In this document: positions 50,701-59,733 of the stretch, piece after piece
Layout: every line of letters begins with the position of its first letter
Numbering within the stretch: the first letter of the stretch is position 1
Virus record (IMG/VR): IMGVR_UViG_2885633469_000002
Location: 1 to 64,000 of that record
Direction: 5' to 3' (one strand)
Source: a virus
Taxonomy: Duplodnaviria; Caudoviricetes
Length of the DNA: 64,000 bases
Notes under the pieces: model-generated
Databases searched by the model: none
What the model saw: the letters and a program-made list of their open reading frames with translations, nothing else
What the model was told of the DNA's origin: nothing
Program-made: the position numbers and the translations under genes

Positions 50701-53700
50701 TAGCACCCTCAACATTTTTATAACTACTTGCTAATTGATTATTCTTTTTAATTTCTTGTTCAGTCAATTTAATTTGTTGCTTGATTAGATTGCCTTTTTT
50801 GTCTAACGCCTTTATATAGTCCCATGAATTTTTATATAATTTACTATTAGAAGAATTTAACTTATCTAACTCGGTTTTTAAAGCTTTTATAGAATTGGCA
50901 TATTCATCTGTAGCATATTTAGCTTTCTCAGTGGATTTTGTAGTATCATCTAACGAAGGTATGTATTCATTATTATTTGTTGATATTATTTTGTCTAAAT
51001 TTTTTAAAGCTTTTTCATAAGATAAGTCAATTTTATCTATTTCATCTTTTAGTTCATTTTCTTTCCCTTTTTTTTTATTAGCTATATCCGTAAATATACT
51101 CGCAGAAGTAGGACCGCCAATTAACTTCGACCCTATATCTATCACTGAAGGGTTTTTTTCTGCTTCTTTAGCTTTATCCATATAAAAATTATATTTTTCT
51201 TGTAACACTTCAATTTGTTTTTTAGCTTGTACATATGTCATTTTGGTTATGCCCTTTTGAATCATTGCATCTTGTTTAGACGCTTCTAACTTTGCCTTCG
51301 TTAAATCTTGAACTGTTAATTTTTTATTACCTAGTATTTTTATCTCATTTTTAATTAAATTCATATTTTGTATACTAGAAAGCCCAGCCTCGTCCTCCAC
51401 TGTAATCAAACCTGAAATAATAGGCTTTAGTTTATTTGAAATATCTGACATACGTTCTTTTTCTTCTATATTTTTATTTTTTATATCATTTAATTCTAAA
51501 TACTCATTTCCAAGTTCTTTAATTGTATCCTTATATTGCAATTCAACTTCGTTAGTATTTTGTATACCTTCAATAATTTCATGATTTTGCAAATTGTTTG
51601 TAGCTTCTGTCACCTTGTATATCTCACCAGTATATTCGTTAAAAGCTACTCCTGCGTCAGTTAGAATTTTTTTTTGGTCATCTATCTTTTTATTAAAGTT
51701 GTTTAAATCGCTTTCTGCCATTTTGAATATCATCCAATTGGAGACATTCCATGAATCTCCTTTATCCCAGTTACTCTTTTTTTCATTTATTTCTTTTTCT
51801 AATTTTTTTCTTTCTTTAAGTAATTCTTTATATTCATTTTGCTTTTCTTTTAATTCATCTACAGTTGATCCAATTTCAATTTTATCGCCATCTTTTAATG
51901 CCTGATTTAATTTATCATAGCTTCTTTTAACCGAATCAGTTGATTCTTTTAATTCTTTTTGATACTGTATATGTTTGTGTAATTTATATGTAGCTACACC
52001 TAAAATTGCTATAAACCATGTTAAAGGATTTTTCAAAAGAGCTATAGTTACTCCAGTTATACCTTTACGTAATGCAATAAATGTTTGTGTCAAAGCTGTT
52101 ATTATACCATTTTGTTTGGCTGTATACAGAAAACCTTTTAAAACCCCTTTTAATTTGTTTAATCCTTTAGTGATATAAGACGTGTGCTTAAATAAAGTTA
52201 CCCATGCAAATCCCAACCCAAGTACAGCAACACCTGATTTTTTTGATGTAGACGTTATTACATTAAAAGTATTAATAATTTCAGTACCAGCTTTAATAAA
52301 ATTATTTATAGTATCGGATTGAATTAAATTTCTCCATAAATTTTCTAATGCTCTTTTGAAATCATTAATTTTTGCTTCATTTGATTGACTGTAAAAACTT
52401 TCAAACTTCTGCTTAGCAGAACCACTAGCGTCTCCAACTTTTTCTTGTAACTCAGCAACTTTATCAAGATTTTGCATCAATACTAAAAAGTTTTCTCTTT
52501 GCCTTGTACCTGCGAGACTTTTAGCTATATCACTTTTTTGTAAATCGTTTAAATTACCCCATTTATTTCCTAAATCTTCAATTACTGTTGAAAAACTTTT
52601 AAAATGAGTAGCATCTTTTCTAATTGCAACACCAATTTTATTAAGAGACCTTTCAACATTTGAAAGAGGCTGATTTTCAGCATCAAATTTTTTTCCTTGC
52701 TTAATATCCTGATATCTTGCAAAAATACTTTTAAAAGACTCTCCAATACTTTCCGCAGATTTCCTAGTTGTAGAACTAACTACTCCTATATATTCTGAAA
52801 GCCCTTCCATTGACACTCCTGCCATTTGTGCGGAACTCGAAGAACGTTTCATTCCTTCTGCTAATTCTGCAAAACTAGTAGCCGCATTGTTATCAATCGT
52901 ACTTAGAGTATCTACTACTTTCATTGTTTCTTTGGCTTCCATACGAAATCCATTAGTAATAGCAATCAGTTGTTCAGACACATCTTTTGTACTTTGTCCA
53001 GACAGTTTTGCTCCTATTGTAGAACTTTCCAATAGTTTTCCTGTTTCCTCTACATTTCTTCCAGCTCTAAAAAATTCAACTGAGCCTTCCATTATTTCTT
53101 TAGTAGTAGTATGCAATACATCCGCCAACTTACTGTATTTATCGGTTAGTTCCTCTATCTCAGCCTTGTTCATATTTGTCACCATACCAACATCAGTTTC
53201 TACTTTATTTAAGTCATTTATAAAAGAAACCCCTTCTTTTAATTTTCTTAAAACCCCAAATAAAGCTGTTCCTGCTATAGTAAACCTTACCAAACGCTCA
53301 ATACTAGTTTTCATTCTCTCTGCAAACGTAGTCTGTTTTTTGTTTATATTCTCAATTCCTGTAGCCATGGAATAAGTTGACTTAGTAGTATTATCTATAG
53401 TCATCTTATATTTACTTAATCTTTTTCCGCCTTCATTTATATTCACATTAACTTGTTTTATTTTGTTACCCATACTATCTACACTATTAGCTATATTCGA
53501 AATACTAGCATTTAGTCCATATGTTTTTTTTACAAATTTTTCAATATCTTTAAATGAAGAATTTATATTAATTTTTCCATTTACTTTATTACCTAATTTA
53601 ATAATTCTTTGTTGTTCTTTTAATTTTGATTCATATGCATCTAATTGCTTATTAATTTCATTAAAATCTTTAACTATATTTGAAGATTTAGGGTCTAGCG

Positions 53701-54859
53701 AACCTATTGATAACCTTAATTTATTAACATCAGTTTGATTTGCTATACCATTATATTTCTTAGATATTATATCTAATTGTTTTTCATACTTTTTAATATT
53801 ATTATTTATCAATATATATTCTGAAATCAATCTCTTTAAATCATTAATCTTACTATTAGTATTATGTTTTTCTTCTAATGTTAGTTCATTACTTTTCTTT
53901 TTATAATTATCTAATTGTTTTATAATTAAATTATATTGACTATTTAGTTGTTTATAAAAATTACTATTTGTATCAAATCTTTTATTATAATTAGATTTCA
54001 TATTTTTTAATTTTTCTTCTTGTGTAAAAACATAATTCAATGTTTTACTTTGTTCTTCAAATACATTTTTAGTGCTATTAATTCTATTTATACTTGCTTC
54101 TTTTAATTTTTTTTCTTCTTGAATTAATTTTTCATATTGTATAACTAAATCTTCTAATTGTTTTTTAGATTCATCTCCATTTAATAAATTTATCTTAGAT
54201 TCAAAATTTTTAATTTTATTTTCTGGTAAGATATTATTCTTATATAAATTAGTAATTTTATCATTATATTTAGAAACAAAATTCACTGTATCTTCCAGAA
54301 TTCCTTCTTGTAATTTTTTATTTTTCTTCTTAATTTTATCTGTGTTGTCAATAATACCCCTATTTACTAAAGTATATTCATCATTTAAAACCTTAAAATG
54401 TCCATTTCTTAAACTCATTGGATTTTTAGCAGTATAATCAAACTTTTCAATTATACCGTTAGCTTGTTTTACTGTTGCTGTAAATTTTAAGATATCATTT
54501 GTTAATGTATCAATTTGATTTGAAGTTATTTTTACCTCACCAATATTAGATAAATCATTTTTTACTTTTTTTATAGAACTGCAATAATTTTCAACATTTT
54601 TTATAACACTATCAAAACCTTTATTACTATTATTTGAAAATTGTTTTATTTGACTATCTAAAATAGACACATCTAAATTGTTCATTATGTTTTCTATTTT
54701 GTTAAGTTGTGTAAATAATTTATCCAACCCATCAATATTTGTATTAATATCAATTTTTTTATTTTTCAAATTGTTTATAATTGTATTTAATTTATTTTGG
54801 TTTTTATTTAAACTACCAAAATCTAATTCCAACTCTATTTTATATGGATTTAAGGACAT
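47741..54859 (-). CDS. tape measure protein with glucosaminidase/lysozyme-like domain
   Basis: About 2370 aa; TP901-type core (AESIGESFKSIFAR, AGTRQRE.F..LM); IDPYLLASI..FESG...NN..GI hydrolase. Start 54859 after AAGGAGG. Confidence 0.92.
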   Translation of the reverse strand: MSLNPYKIELELDFGSLNKNQNKLNTIINNLKNKKIDINTNIDGLDKLFTQLNKIENIMNNLDVSILDSQIKQFSNNSNKGFDSVIKNVENYCSSIKKVKNDLSNIGEVKITSNQIDTLTNDILKFTATVKQANGIIEKFDYTAKNPMSLRNGHFKVLNDEYTLVNRGIIDNTDKIKKKNKKLQEGILEDTVNFVSKYNDKITNLYKNNILPENKIKNFESKINLLNGDESKKQLEDLVIQYEKLIQEEKKLKEASINRINSTKNVFEEQSKTLNYVFTQEEKLKNMKSNYNKRFDTNSNFYKQLNSQYNLIIKQLDNYKKKSNELTLEEKHNTNSKINDLKRLISEYILINNNIKKYEKQLDIISKKYNGIANQTDVNKLRLSIGSLDPKSSNIVKDFNEINKQLDAYESKLKEQQRIIKLGNKVNGKININSSFKDIEKFVKKTYGLNASISNIANSVDSMGNKIKQVNVNINEGGKRLSKYKMTIDNTTKSTYSMATGIENINKKQTTFAERMKTSIERLVRFTIAGTALFGVLRKLKEGVSFINDLNKVETDVGMVTNMNKAEIEELTDKYSKLADVLHTTTKEIMEGSVEFFRAGRNVEETGKLLESSTIGAKLSGQSTKDVSEQLIAITNGFRMEAKETMKVVDTLSTIDNNAATSFAELAEGMKRSSSSAQMAGVSMEGLSEYIGVVSSTTRKSAESIGESFKSIFARYQDIKQGKKFDAENQPLSNVERSLNKIGVAIRKDATHFKSFSTVIEDLGNKWGNLNDLQKSDIAKSLAGTRQRENFLVLMQNLDKVAELQEKVGDASGSAKQKFESFYSQSNEAKINDFKRALENLWRNLIQSDTINNFIKAGTEIINTFNVITSTSKKSGVAVLGLGFAWVTLFKHTSYITKGLNKLKGVLKGFLYTAKQNGIITALTQTFIALRKGITGVTIALLKNPLTWFIAILGVATYKLHKHIQYQKELKESTDSVKRSYDKLNQALKDGDKIEIGSTVDELKEKQNEYKELLKERKKLEKEINEKKSNWDKGDSWNVSNWMIFKMAESDLNNFNKKIDDQKKILTDAGVAFNEYTGEIYKVTEATNNLQNHEIIEGIQNTNEVELQYKDTIKELGNEYLELNDIKNKNIEEKERMSDISNKLKPIISGLITVEDEAGLSSIQNMNLIKNEIKILGNKKLTVQDLTKAKLEASKQDAMIQKGITKMTYVQAKKQIEVLQEKYNFYMDKAKEAEKNPSVIDIGSKLIGGPTSASIFTDIANKKKGKENELKDEIDKIDLSYEKALKNLDKIISTNNNEYIPSLDDTTKSTEKAKYATDEYANSIKALKTELDKLNSSNSKLYKNSWDYIKALDKKGNLIKQQIKLTEQEIKKNNQLASSYKNVEGARSGVASSSYSNTHLDNKLQGVLRGHGQDFVNAGSKYEIDPYLLASISMFESGRGTSPAIRNHNNPSGIMDWENNWKTIKHFNSIAEGIEFSARNLKNLYFNQGLTTIEQIGAKYAPIGASNDPNGLNKNWIPTVKSIYNELSGGGYSSGKISYQNKNSVKDVSPEERADRAWNKAEDLKQQLIGLKDQFNQLKVDKYESTIGIFDDKIKRTNVNASIYKDRAEQWSTSVVDSFKNFDNYTNEIKEKNRVLLEKQKYMQKQIWYGGHTSDQIVKMRFDLQDTVGEIEKMTKALQDAFQTKWEFKIKFDDRYFKEFDSEITEMQDKIDLLNVKDIFYEKDKTRFLSKKVDEQQKYIIYIQKAKIELLAERDLLKENTYEWNFLNDKAKEYNEKIRDIAKSMKQNNEELKNNLQSELDNLKSLEQKIIEIIKKRYETELDEYKKQYNEKKDLEEKRHKKSIDNLNEEKKVREEIIKSQLKEFDKNEKTDNYEKQLNTLISEKLKLQYEYNSWMLVDTLEGKVKKNSLKEQIDKKQEEIDDFRHKREIDLRKENLNDKLEDIQKEYEEKNKAENKKYEDTKERLDKELKNTEEYYKKLMQKENLYSEARKAIFRNQIKYINGEMMNLTDAILKYEDEWGEGLSLIGTKIKSNLIDNLQKAIDTAQNLDNILSKIKEIEKPKKNNSITKSEDKKVYAQSDGNNKINDYIIAQKYLSELGYEVIDITKLSKNELDKIKLDKNDLVIGNALNNKNLNGAGRLKGNDRYETDKIVSGYADYEKKMIAGDVKEIKNTVYGWGEDLKNAQKWLSAMGYKFVNTQHLSSEELEKILREGDIVLGEKGVSPVSDDILRAIGVIRLGGVTSKETLERIIAWASHGGVPQFSEGGVMDYSGLAMVHGSQSNSEVIFNSSQAKKLYSVVKNLPNGDNLACMFPKINTNSMPENGNGVIKIRNLLNVEGNVDENIFPKLKSVLKNDVLKELRKAYNKRGIYK

Positions 54860-54885
54860 AAAAATCCTCCTTTCTTTATTTTGAT

Positions 54886-54918
54886 AAAATAAAAAGACAG
54901 GCATTGATACCTGTCTTA
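54886..54918 (-). terminator. intrinsic terminator between moron and TMP
   Basis: AAGACAGG/CCTGTCTT hairpin followed by a T-run on the - strand. Confidence 0.7.
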
Positions 54919-54922
54919 AAGA

Positions 54923-55708
54923 TTATAAATCATTTAATTTTTCATAATTAAACTTTTTCTTAGCCTCATGTCCGTTAGGGTATATAATAATTACTTCTAA
55001 TTCTTTAGGGTTTAAATTCATTATTTCATCTGCTGTAAATGCCCCAAGTATAGTTGCCTGATATTTAGGTGATTCTGGGAAAAATTTTGTTACTTTAATA
55101 TCATAATATTTGTCTTTATGAACATTTTTAGGCTGTATAATTTTTTCTGTATTATCTTTAGTATATACTTTTAAAACTATATGAACATCTTCTATAAAAT
55201 CATCCTCATCTCCCCCAACATCACTGTATGCTATAAAATTATTAAGTCCATCATAATGTTTTTTTAAATGTTCTATGACATTATTACTATTTGGTTCAAG
55301 ATATTTTCTTGAAATTTTTTCAGATACTTCTGCTACAACAGTGAATGGCGTGTCAAAAGAGAAAACAAACGCTTTTGTTTTCTGTATGTCATCATTCGAG
55401 TTAAAACTAAACCTCTTTTTACTTACTCCACCTTTAATATCTTTATACTTCTTCCCAATCTCTATTGCTTTATAGAATTCTTCTTTAGTTAAAGGCGTTA
55501 TATCGTAACCATCTATAAGCGTTTTATTATCTTCTTTTTCTTTTGACACAACTTTTTTTTCTTTTTTATCCATATCTGTTGTTTCACCTTGTGTAGATGA
55601 AGCAATAGCCTTTTTTTGTTTGTTATTTTTTAAATAATATACTCCAAAACAAATACATGTTATGACTACTATTGAAACTATAGTTACAAAAGTTTTCTTT
55701 CTTTTCAT
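54923..55708 (-). CDS. membrane-anchored/secreted moron protein
   Basis: Basic N-terminus + single TM helix, Lys-rich linker; own terminator. Confidence 0.7.
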   Translation of the reverse strand: MKRKKTFVTIVSIVVITCICFGVYYLKNNKQKKAIASSTQGETTDMDKKEKKVVSKEKEDNKTLIDGYDITPLTKEEFYKAIEIGKKYKDIKGGVSKKRFSFNSNDDIQKTKAFVFSFDTPFTVVAEVSEKISRKYLEPNSNNVIEHLKKHYDGLNNFIAYSDVGGDEDDFIEDVHIVLKVYTKDNTEKIIQPKNVHKDKYYDIKVTKFFPESPKYQATILGAFTADEIMNLNPKELEVIIIYPNGHEAKKKFNYEKLNDL

Positions 55709-55889
55709 AAAATCTAGCTCCCTTCTTTTGAGTTCAATATAGCCATTGTATCATAGAAAACTTACCTTTTTCAACTAATTTTACCAATTAACATCTACAA
55801 TATGAAACATCTGTATCTTTGCTAATTCGTGAAATTACCTCAAAAAGACAAGCCATTATGAAAGCTAAAGTCTCTAGTACTACTTTATT

Positions 55890-56426
55890 TTATCCCATTT
55901 TTTCTAAAATTCTTTTCTTTTGACTCTCTAATTCTATTTCTTTTATCTCTATCTGCTCTTGAACGTTTTCTTTGATAAATAATATATTTATCATCCTATC
56001 TATGTTGACACAATAATTATATCTTGTTCCATTGGCATAATTAGTCAAATATGCTTGTGCTTCCTTTATTATAATTTTTACATTTTTAGTTATTTTATTA
56101 ATATCTGCTTGATTTTCTATGTTATTTTTATAATAAGAACTAATATATTCCTTTTTTATTGGAAACATTTTAATATAATGTAACCCATGTTTTCTATGTT
56201 TATGAGTTGTTTTTCTTGGTGGCAATGGATAAAACTCTTTCCTACTTGCTTTGCCATTTATATTTGACCTAAAAGGTATCGCAAAATCATATTTTTTATC
56301 TTTATATTTTAATTTTAATATTATTAAACAAGGTCTTTTTTTATTTTTTTCTAACTCAATAGAATCATCAAACATATCATAAAAAATTTGTTTAATAGAA
56401 CATACTCTTACCTTCAATGTACCCAT
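55890..56426 (-). CDS. type III toxin-antitoxin endoribonuclease toxin (TenpN-like)
   Basis: K.RPCL...FAIPFRSNI...GLHYIKMFPI motifs; upstream repeat array plus hairpin. Confidence 0.8.
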   Translation of the reverse strand: MGTLKVRVCSIKQIFYDMFDDSIELEKNKKRPCLIILKLKYKDKKYDFAIPFRSNINGKASRKEFYPLPPRKTTHKHRKHGLHYIKMFPIKKEYISSYYKNNIENQADINKITKNVKIIIKEAQAYLTNYANGTRYNYCVNIDRMINILFIKENVQEQIEIKEIELESQKKRILEKMG

Positions 56427-56442
56427 CTACCTTTAACATAGA

Positions 56443-56472
56443 AATAACCTCTTTAAAACTAAAGAGGTTATT
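56443..56472 (-). terminator. hairpin between antitoxin array and toxin
   Basis: AATAACCTCTTTA / TAAAGAGGTTATT 13-bp stem with 4-nt loop. Confidence 0.8.
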
Positions 56473-56474
56473 GT

Positions 56475-56634
56475 GTTATATTCTAAATTAATGTCCCGTA
56501 ACACTTCGGAGACCAAACGAAATATTAATGATATTCTACATTTTTACATCCCCGTCATTGCGGAGGATAAACACGCATAAGCGTTATATTCTAAATTAAT
56601 GTCCCGTAACACTTCGGAGACCAAACGAAATATT
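56475..56634 (-). ncRNA. type III antitoxin RNA array (~3 units)
   Basis: Identical 52-bp units at 56475-56526 and 56583-56634, with a divergent 56-bp unit between them. Confidence 0.8.
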
Positions 56635-56645
56635 TTATTGTATAT

Positions 56646-56674
56646 AGTATATATTATTTATTACATAATGTCAA
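56646..56674 (-). promoter_or_regulatory. sigma-A promoter of the type III TA locus
   Basis: On the - strand: TTGACA (56674-69), 17 bp, TATACT (56651-46). Confidence 0.8.
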
Positions 56675-56752
56675 TAATTTTCATATTTATCTTCAATTTT
56701 ATCCCACACCTCATTGGAATATTTAATGTTTCTTTAGCTTTTTTTTATATAA

Positions 56753-57031
56753 TTAGTAGCTTAATATTAATTCTTTATTATAGTTTTTACAAATTAAAGT
56801 TAATACATCATCTAAACTTTTGTTAAATTTAATTAAATTGTTTTTTTTTATTTTAATTTTATAATTATGTACTACATCAAATTCAGTCTCAACATCGCCT
56901 TTAATAGTAATAAAATTATCATTATCTTGAATTTTAATATTATACATTGTAGGTACATCATCGTTTGTGACCCAGCTTATAAAGCTAGTTTTTCTTAATA
57001 CATTTAATAAGTTTTTTATCATATTAAACAC
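56753..57031 (-). CDS. hypothetical moron protein
   Basis: GTG start after AGGGA; upstream TTGACA promoter and 18-bp inverted repeat. Confidence 0.6.
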   Translation of the reverse strand: MFNMIKNLLNVLRKTSFISWVTNDDVPTMYNIKIQDNDNFITIKGDVETEFDVVHNYKIKIKKNNLIKFNKSLDDVLTLICKNYNKELILSY

Positions 57032-57166
57032 ATCCCTATTATAATATTTGTAAGGTTTAGATTAATTGGTTTGTTTTATCTTACAAATATTATAATACAC
57101 CTTATAGTTGCGTGTGTCAATACTTATTTATTAATATTTTAGTAAAATTATATAAAAATACTAATT

Positions 57167-57367
57167 TTATTTTTCATAATAAAATATATCAGTAAATTCT
57201 ACTCCTAAAACATCTGCAATTTTAAACCCAAGTTCAATAGTAGTTTTATATCTATTATTAATTATATTAGATATAGTAGATTTATTAACTCCTACTTCTT
57301 TAGCTAACCATACTTGTTTTATACCTTTACTATCTATTATTTTCTTTAATCTATTTTTGACTGCCAT
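57167..57367 (-). CDS. Cro/XRE HTH regulator (66 aa)
   Basis: NRLKKII..KGIKQVWLA..VGV..STISNI.N; GGAGG RBS. Confidence 0.9.
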   Translation of the reverse strand: MAVKNRLKKIIDSKGIKQVWLAKEVGVNKSTISNIINNRYKTTIELGFKIADVLGVEFTDIFYYEK

Positions 57368-57414
57368 AATTATCCTCCAAATTAATAAAATGATATTATA
57401 ATTATAACATAATA

Positions 57415-57546
57415 GTGCTATCCATCCCATGCCTTCAGGTGTGGGATTTTCGCATCTTTTTATAATTATATATTATCAAATTATTTTGTGTTTGTCAAAT
57501 GCTTTTGGGAATTCATCTCGTGATTGAAGTCACAAGAGTTCTTGGT
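57415..57546. mobile_element. IS200/IS605-type end hairpins without transposase (remnant)
   Basis: CATCCCATGCCTTCAGGTGTGGGAT and CATCTCGTGATTGAAGTCACAAGAG, co-oriented imperfect hairpins. Confidence 0.5.
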
Positions 57547-57587
57547 AAAAATATATTTAAAAATAAAAAAACTAAAATCTTAAACCA

Positions 57588-58037
57588 CTACTTTATTTTT
57601 ATTCCATTTTTTCTAAAATTCTTTAATATTATCCTATCACCATTTTTATTAATTTGCTGTTGTGTTTTATCTGTAAATTTTCTTCCTTTTAGATAAGTAT
57701 ATTTTTCTGTATTTCTATTTTTTAATGGAAATTCATAATACTCACCTTCTTCAACAGCCTCATCCAATCTATAGTCTCTACTATAAAAGGTAGGAGTATC
57801 GTTTGTTACTTTTATGGAAATAATACTTCCACTTTCTTTTACACTATGATTCATATTCGCAACATCATCTAATCCACCAACTATTCTTCTTTTATATCTT
57901 CTTGGATTATATTTTTTTAATTCTTCTTTTATTACCTCACTTTCAATTTTTTTTAAATCTTGTGAAACATCTTTATCAATTATTTTAATACAATCCTTTT
58001 TTATCTGTGAAACTACCTCTTCTAATGATTTAGCCAT
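57588..58037 (-). CDS. putative neck/tail-completion protein
   Basis: Y.P..Y.RR..GGL.D..N motif; position in the tail operon. Confidence 0.6.
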   Translation of the reverse strand: MAKSLEEVVSQIKKDCIKIIDKDVSQDLKKIESEVIKEELKKYNPRRYKRRIVGGLDDVANMNHSVKESGSIISIKVTNDTPTFYSRDYRLDEAVEEGEYYEFPLKNRNTEKYTYLKGRKFTDKTQQQINKNGDRIILKNFRKNGIKIK

Positions 58038-58630
58038 CAGAAATTATCTTCCTTTTTTGCTTTAATTGTTTTAGTTGTTTTAGTCGATGTATCACTCTTC
58101 TTTTTACTAGCTTCTTTCTTTACTTTTTTATTTTTCTTAGCCTTGTCATTATCTTCATTCTCTAATTTTATTTCAAATTCATTTATCATACCTTCTAATT
58201 TATCTTGTTTTGAAAGTAGTTCTACTATTTCATCATTAGATAAATTAGATAATCCATACAATTTATCCAATACATTTAACAATCTCAAATTAACTTCTTG
58301 AATTTCCCCAATAATTTCTATTACAGAAACCATAGTCTTTTGTAATACCAAACTAGGATTAGCAAATATTTTATTAATAATCTTCTCATCTTTTGGTATT
58401 TTTATATCTGTTAATCTACTGATAATTTCCTTAATTGTCACAATTGGTGGTACTACTAACTTCTTATTTTTTACATCTGTATACTGTAATAATACTGATT
58501 GTATTTCTTTTTGTTTTTCTTCGTTAGGGTTATAAATAGTAATTGTCTGCTCTACCCCTTCATTATCTCTAAATTTTATTATTTCTTTTATAGGATTAAA
58601 ACCTAAGTTTTCAAGTATAACTGACATCAA
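58037..58630 (-). CDS. putative tail assembly chaperone
   Basis: Directly downstream of the tail tube gene; inferred from position. Confidence 0.5.
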   Translation of the reverse strand: MMSVILENLGFNPIKEIIKFRDNEGVEQTITIYNPNEEKQKEIQSVLLQYTDVKNKKLVVPPIVTIKEIISRLTDIKIPKDEKIINKIFANPSLVLQKTMVSVIEIIGEIQEVNLRLLNVLDKLYGLSNLSNDEIVELLSKQDKLEGMINEFEIKLENEDNDKAKKNKKVKKEASKKKSDTSTKTTKTIKAKKEDNF

Positions 58631-58655
58631 AAAACCTCCTTATATTTTAAAAATA

Positions 58656-58682
58656 AGGTATAGATAGTTTTATCTATACCTA
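58656..58682 (-). terminator. hairpin after the major tail gene
   Basis: AGGTATAGATA / TATCTATACCT inverted repeat. Confidence 0.65.
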
Positions 58683-58697
58683 CATAAACTTTATTAA

Positions 58698-59699
58698 CTA
58701 TTTTGCATTACAAATTACTTGTGAGAATGTTTTTACATTTTCGTTATCTTTTAATTTTACTGTTAGCATAGATTTACCTTCTGCTAAATACTCAACCTCG
58801 CCTGAAGGTGTTATTTTTGCTATTTTATTATTGTCTAAAACTAAATCCACCTGTGAGTTGTCAACTATCATAGGAGCATAAACTCCTCCTCTAATACCAT
58901 ATATCTTCAACATTGCTTTTTCACTTGGATTTAAAATTATTTCAGATTCAGTGAATATTTTTTGTATAGGCTCATTCGCTTTATCAACCCTTCTAATCTT
59001 AATTTTTGCATATTTACCCTTTCCAAATGCTAACGCCTTACCTGATAGCTTAGAAGTAGACGCACCGTCATGTTGTAAACTTAATTCTATATTAGAAGTT
59101 ATTTTGAATCTTGGAATTTCTATTTCTATTTCCTTGTATCCTTCATGTCCTTGTTTAGACATTTTTAGTGACATAACTAATCTAATAGTCTTACCAAACT
59201 TATTTCCATCAATAGTAATCGTATCTAGGGACTCTCTTACTTGATATGTACAAAATACAGTTTCTCCATCTTTAAACTCTGGTATATTTAAATTATTACC
59301 TATAGCTGTTTTTGTTAAAATAATTTCCCCATCTGCATTTTTTACAAATACCTCGCCACTAATTGGTGTGTCGTTTAAAGTTACTTTCCCATTTTCAATT
59401 ATATGTTCTTCGTCTTTATTGTAAAAATTATCTAATTCTCTTGTTATTTCAACACCATTCGTTAAAGCAATAAAAGCTTCTTTTACCTGTGAATCTTCTA
59501 TTTCTACTTCACATTTTTTATCGTAATCAAATTGATACTGAGTCAAAGACCCGTATCCTCCTTTTATCTCTTTGTTACTTGAACTAATTTTGAAATCACT
59601 TTTTATAAGTGTTTGTGCGTCGAACAACAATGCATTTGTTGTTATGTCGAACCCCATTACATCCCCGACTGAAATAAGAAATTCTTTAGTATTATCCAT
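58698..59699 (-). CDS. major tail (tube) protein with C-terminal Ig-like domain
   Basis: FL.SVGD, EIKGG.G...Q, IEIPRF.I.SNIELSL...GAS..KLSG.AL; Big_2-like tail. Confidence 0.75.
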   Translation of the reverse strand: MDNTKEFLISVGDVMGFDITTNALLFDAQTLIKSDFKISSSNKEIKGGYGSLTQYQFDYDKKCEVEIEDSQVKEAFIALTNGVEITRELDNFYNKDEEHIIENGKVTLNDTPISGEVFVKNADGEIILTKTAIGNNLNIPEFKDGETVFCTYQVRESLDTITIDGNKFGKTIRLVMSLKMSKQGHEGYKEIEIEIPRFKITSNIELSLQHDGASTSKLSGKALAFGKGKYAKIKIRRVDKANEPIQKIFTESEIILNPSEKAMLKIYGIRGGVYAPMIVDNSQVDLVLDNNKIAKITPSGEVEYLAEGKSMLTVKLKDNENVKTFSQVICNAK

Positions 59700-59733
59700 A
59701 TTTGTTCCTCCTTTATTATTGAATTATTTTATG

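Noticed and set aside
56475-56634. Mini-CRISPR array (repeat-spacer-repeat)
   Set aside because: The spacer is itself a diverged copy of the repeat, the units are 52 bp, no cas genes are present, and the context is promoter-array-hairpin-toxin.
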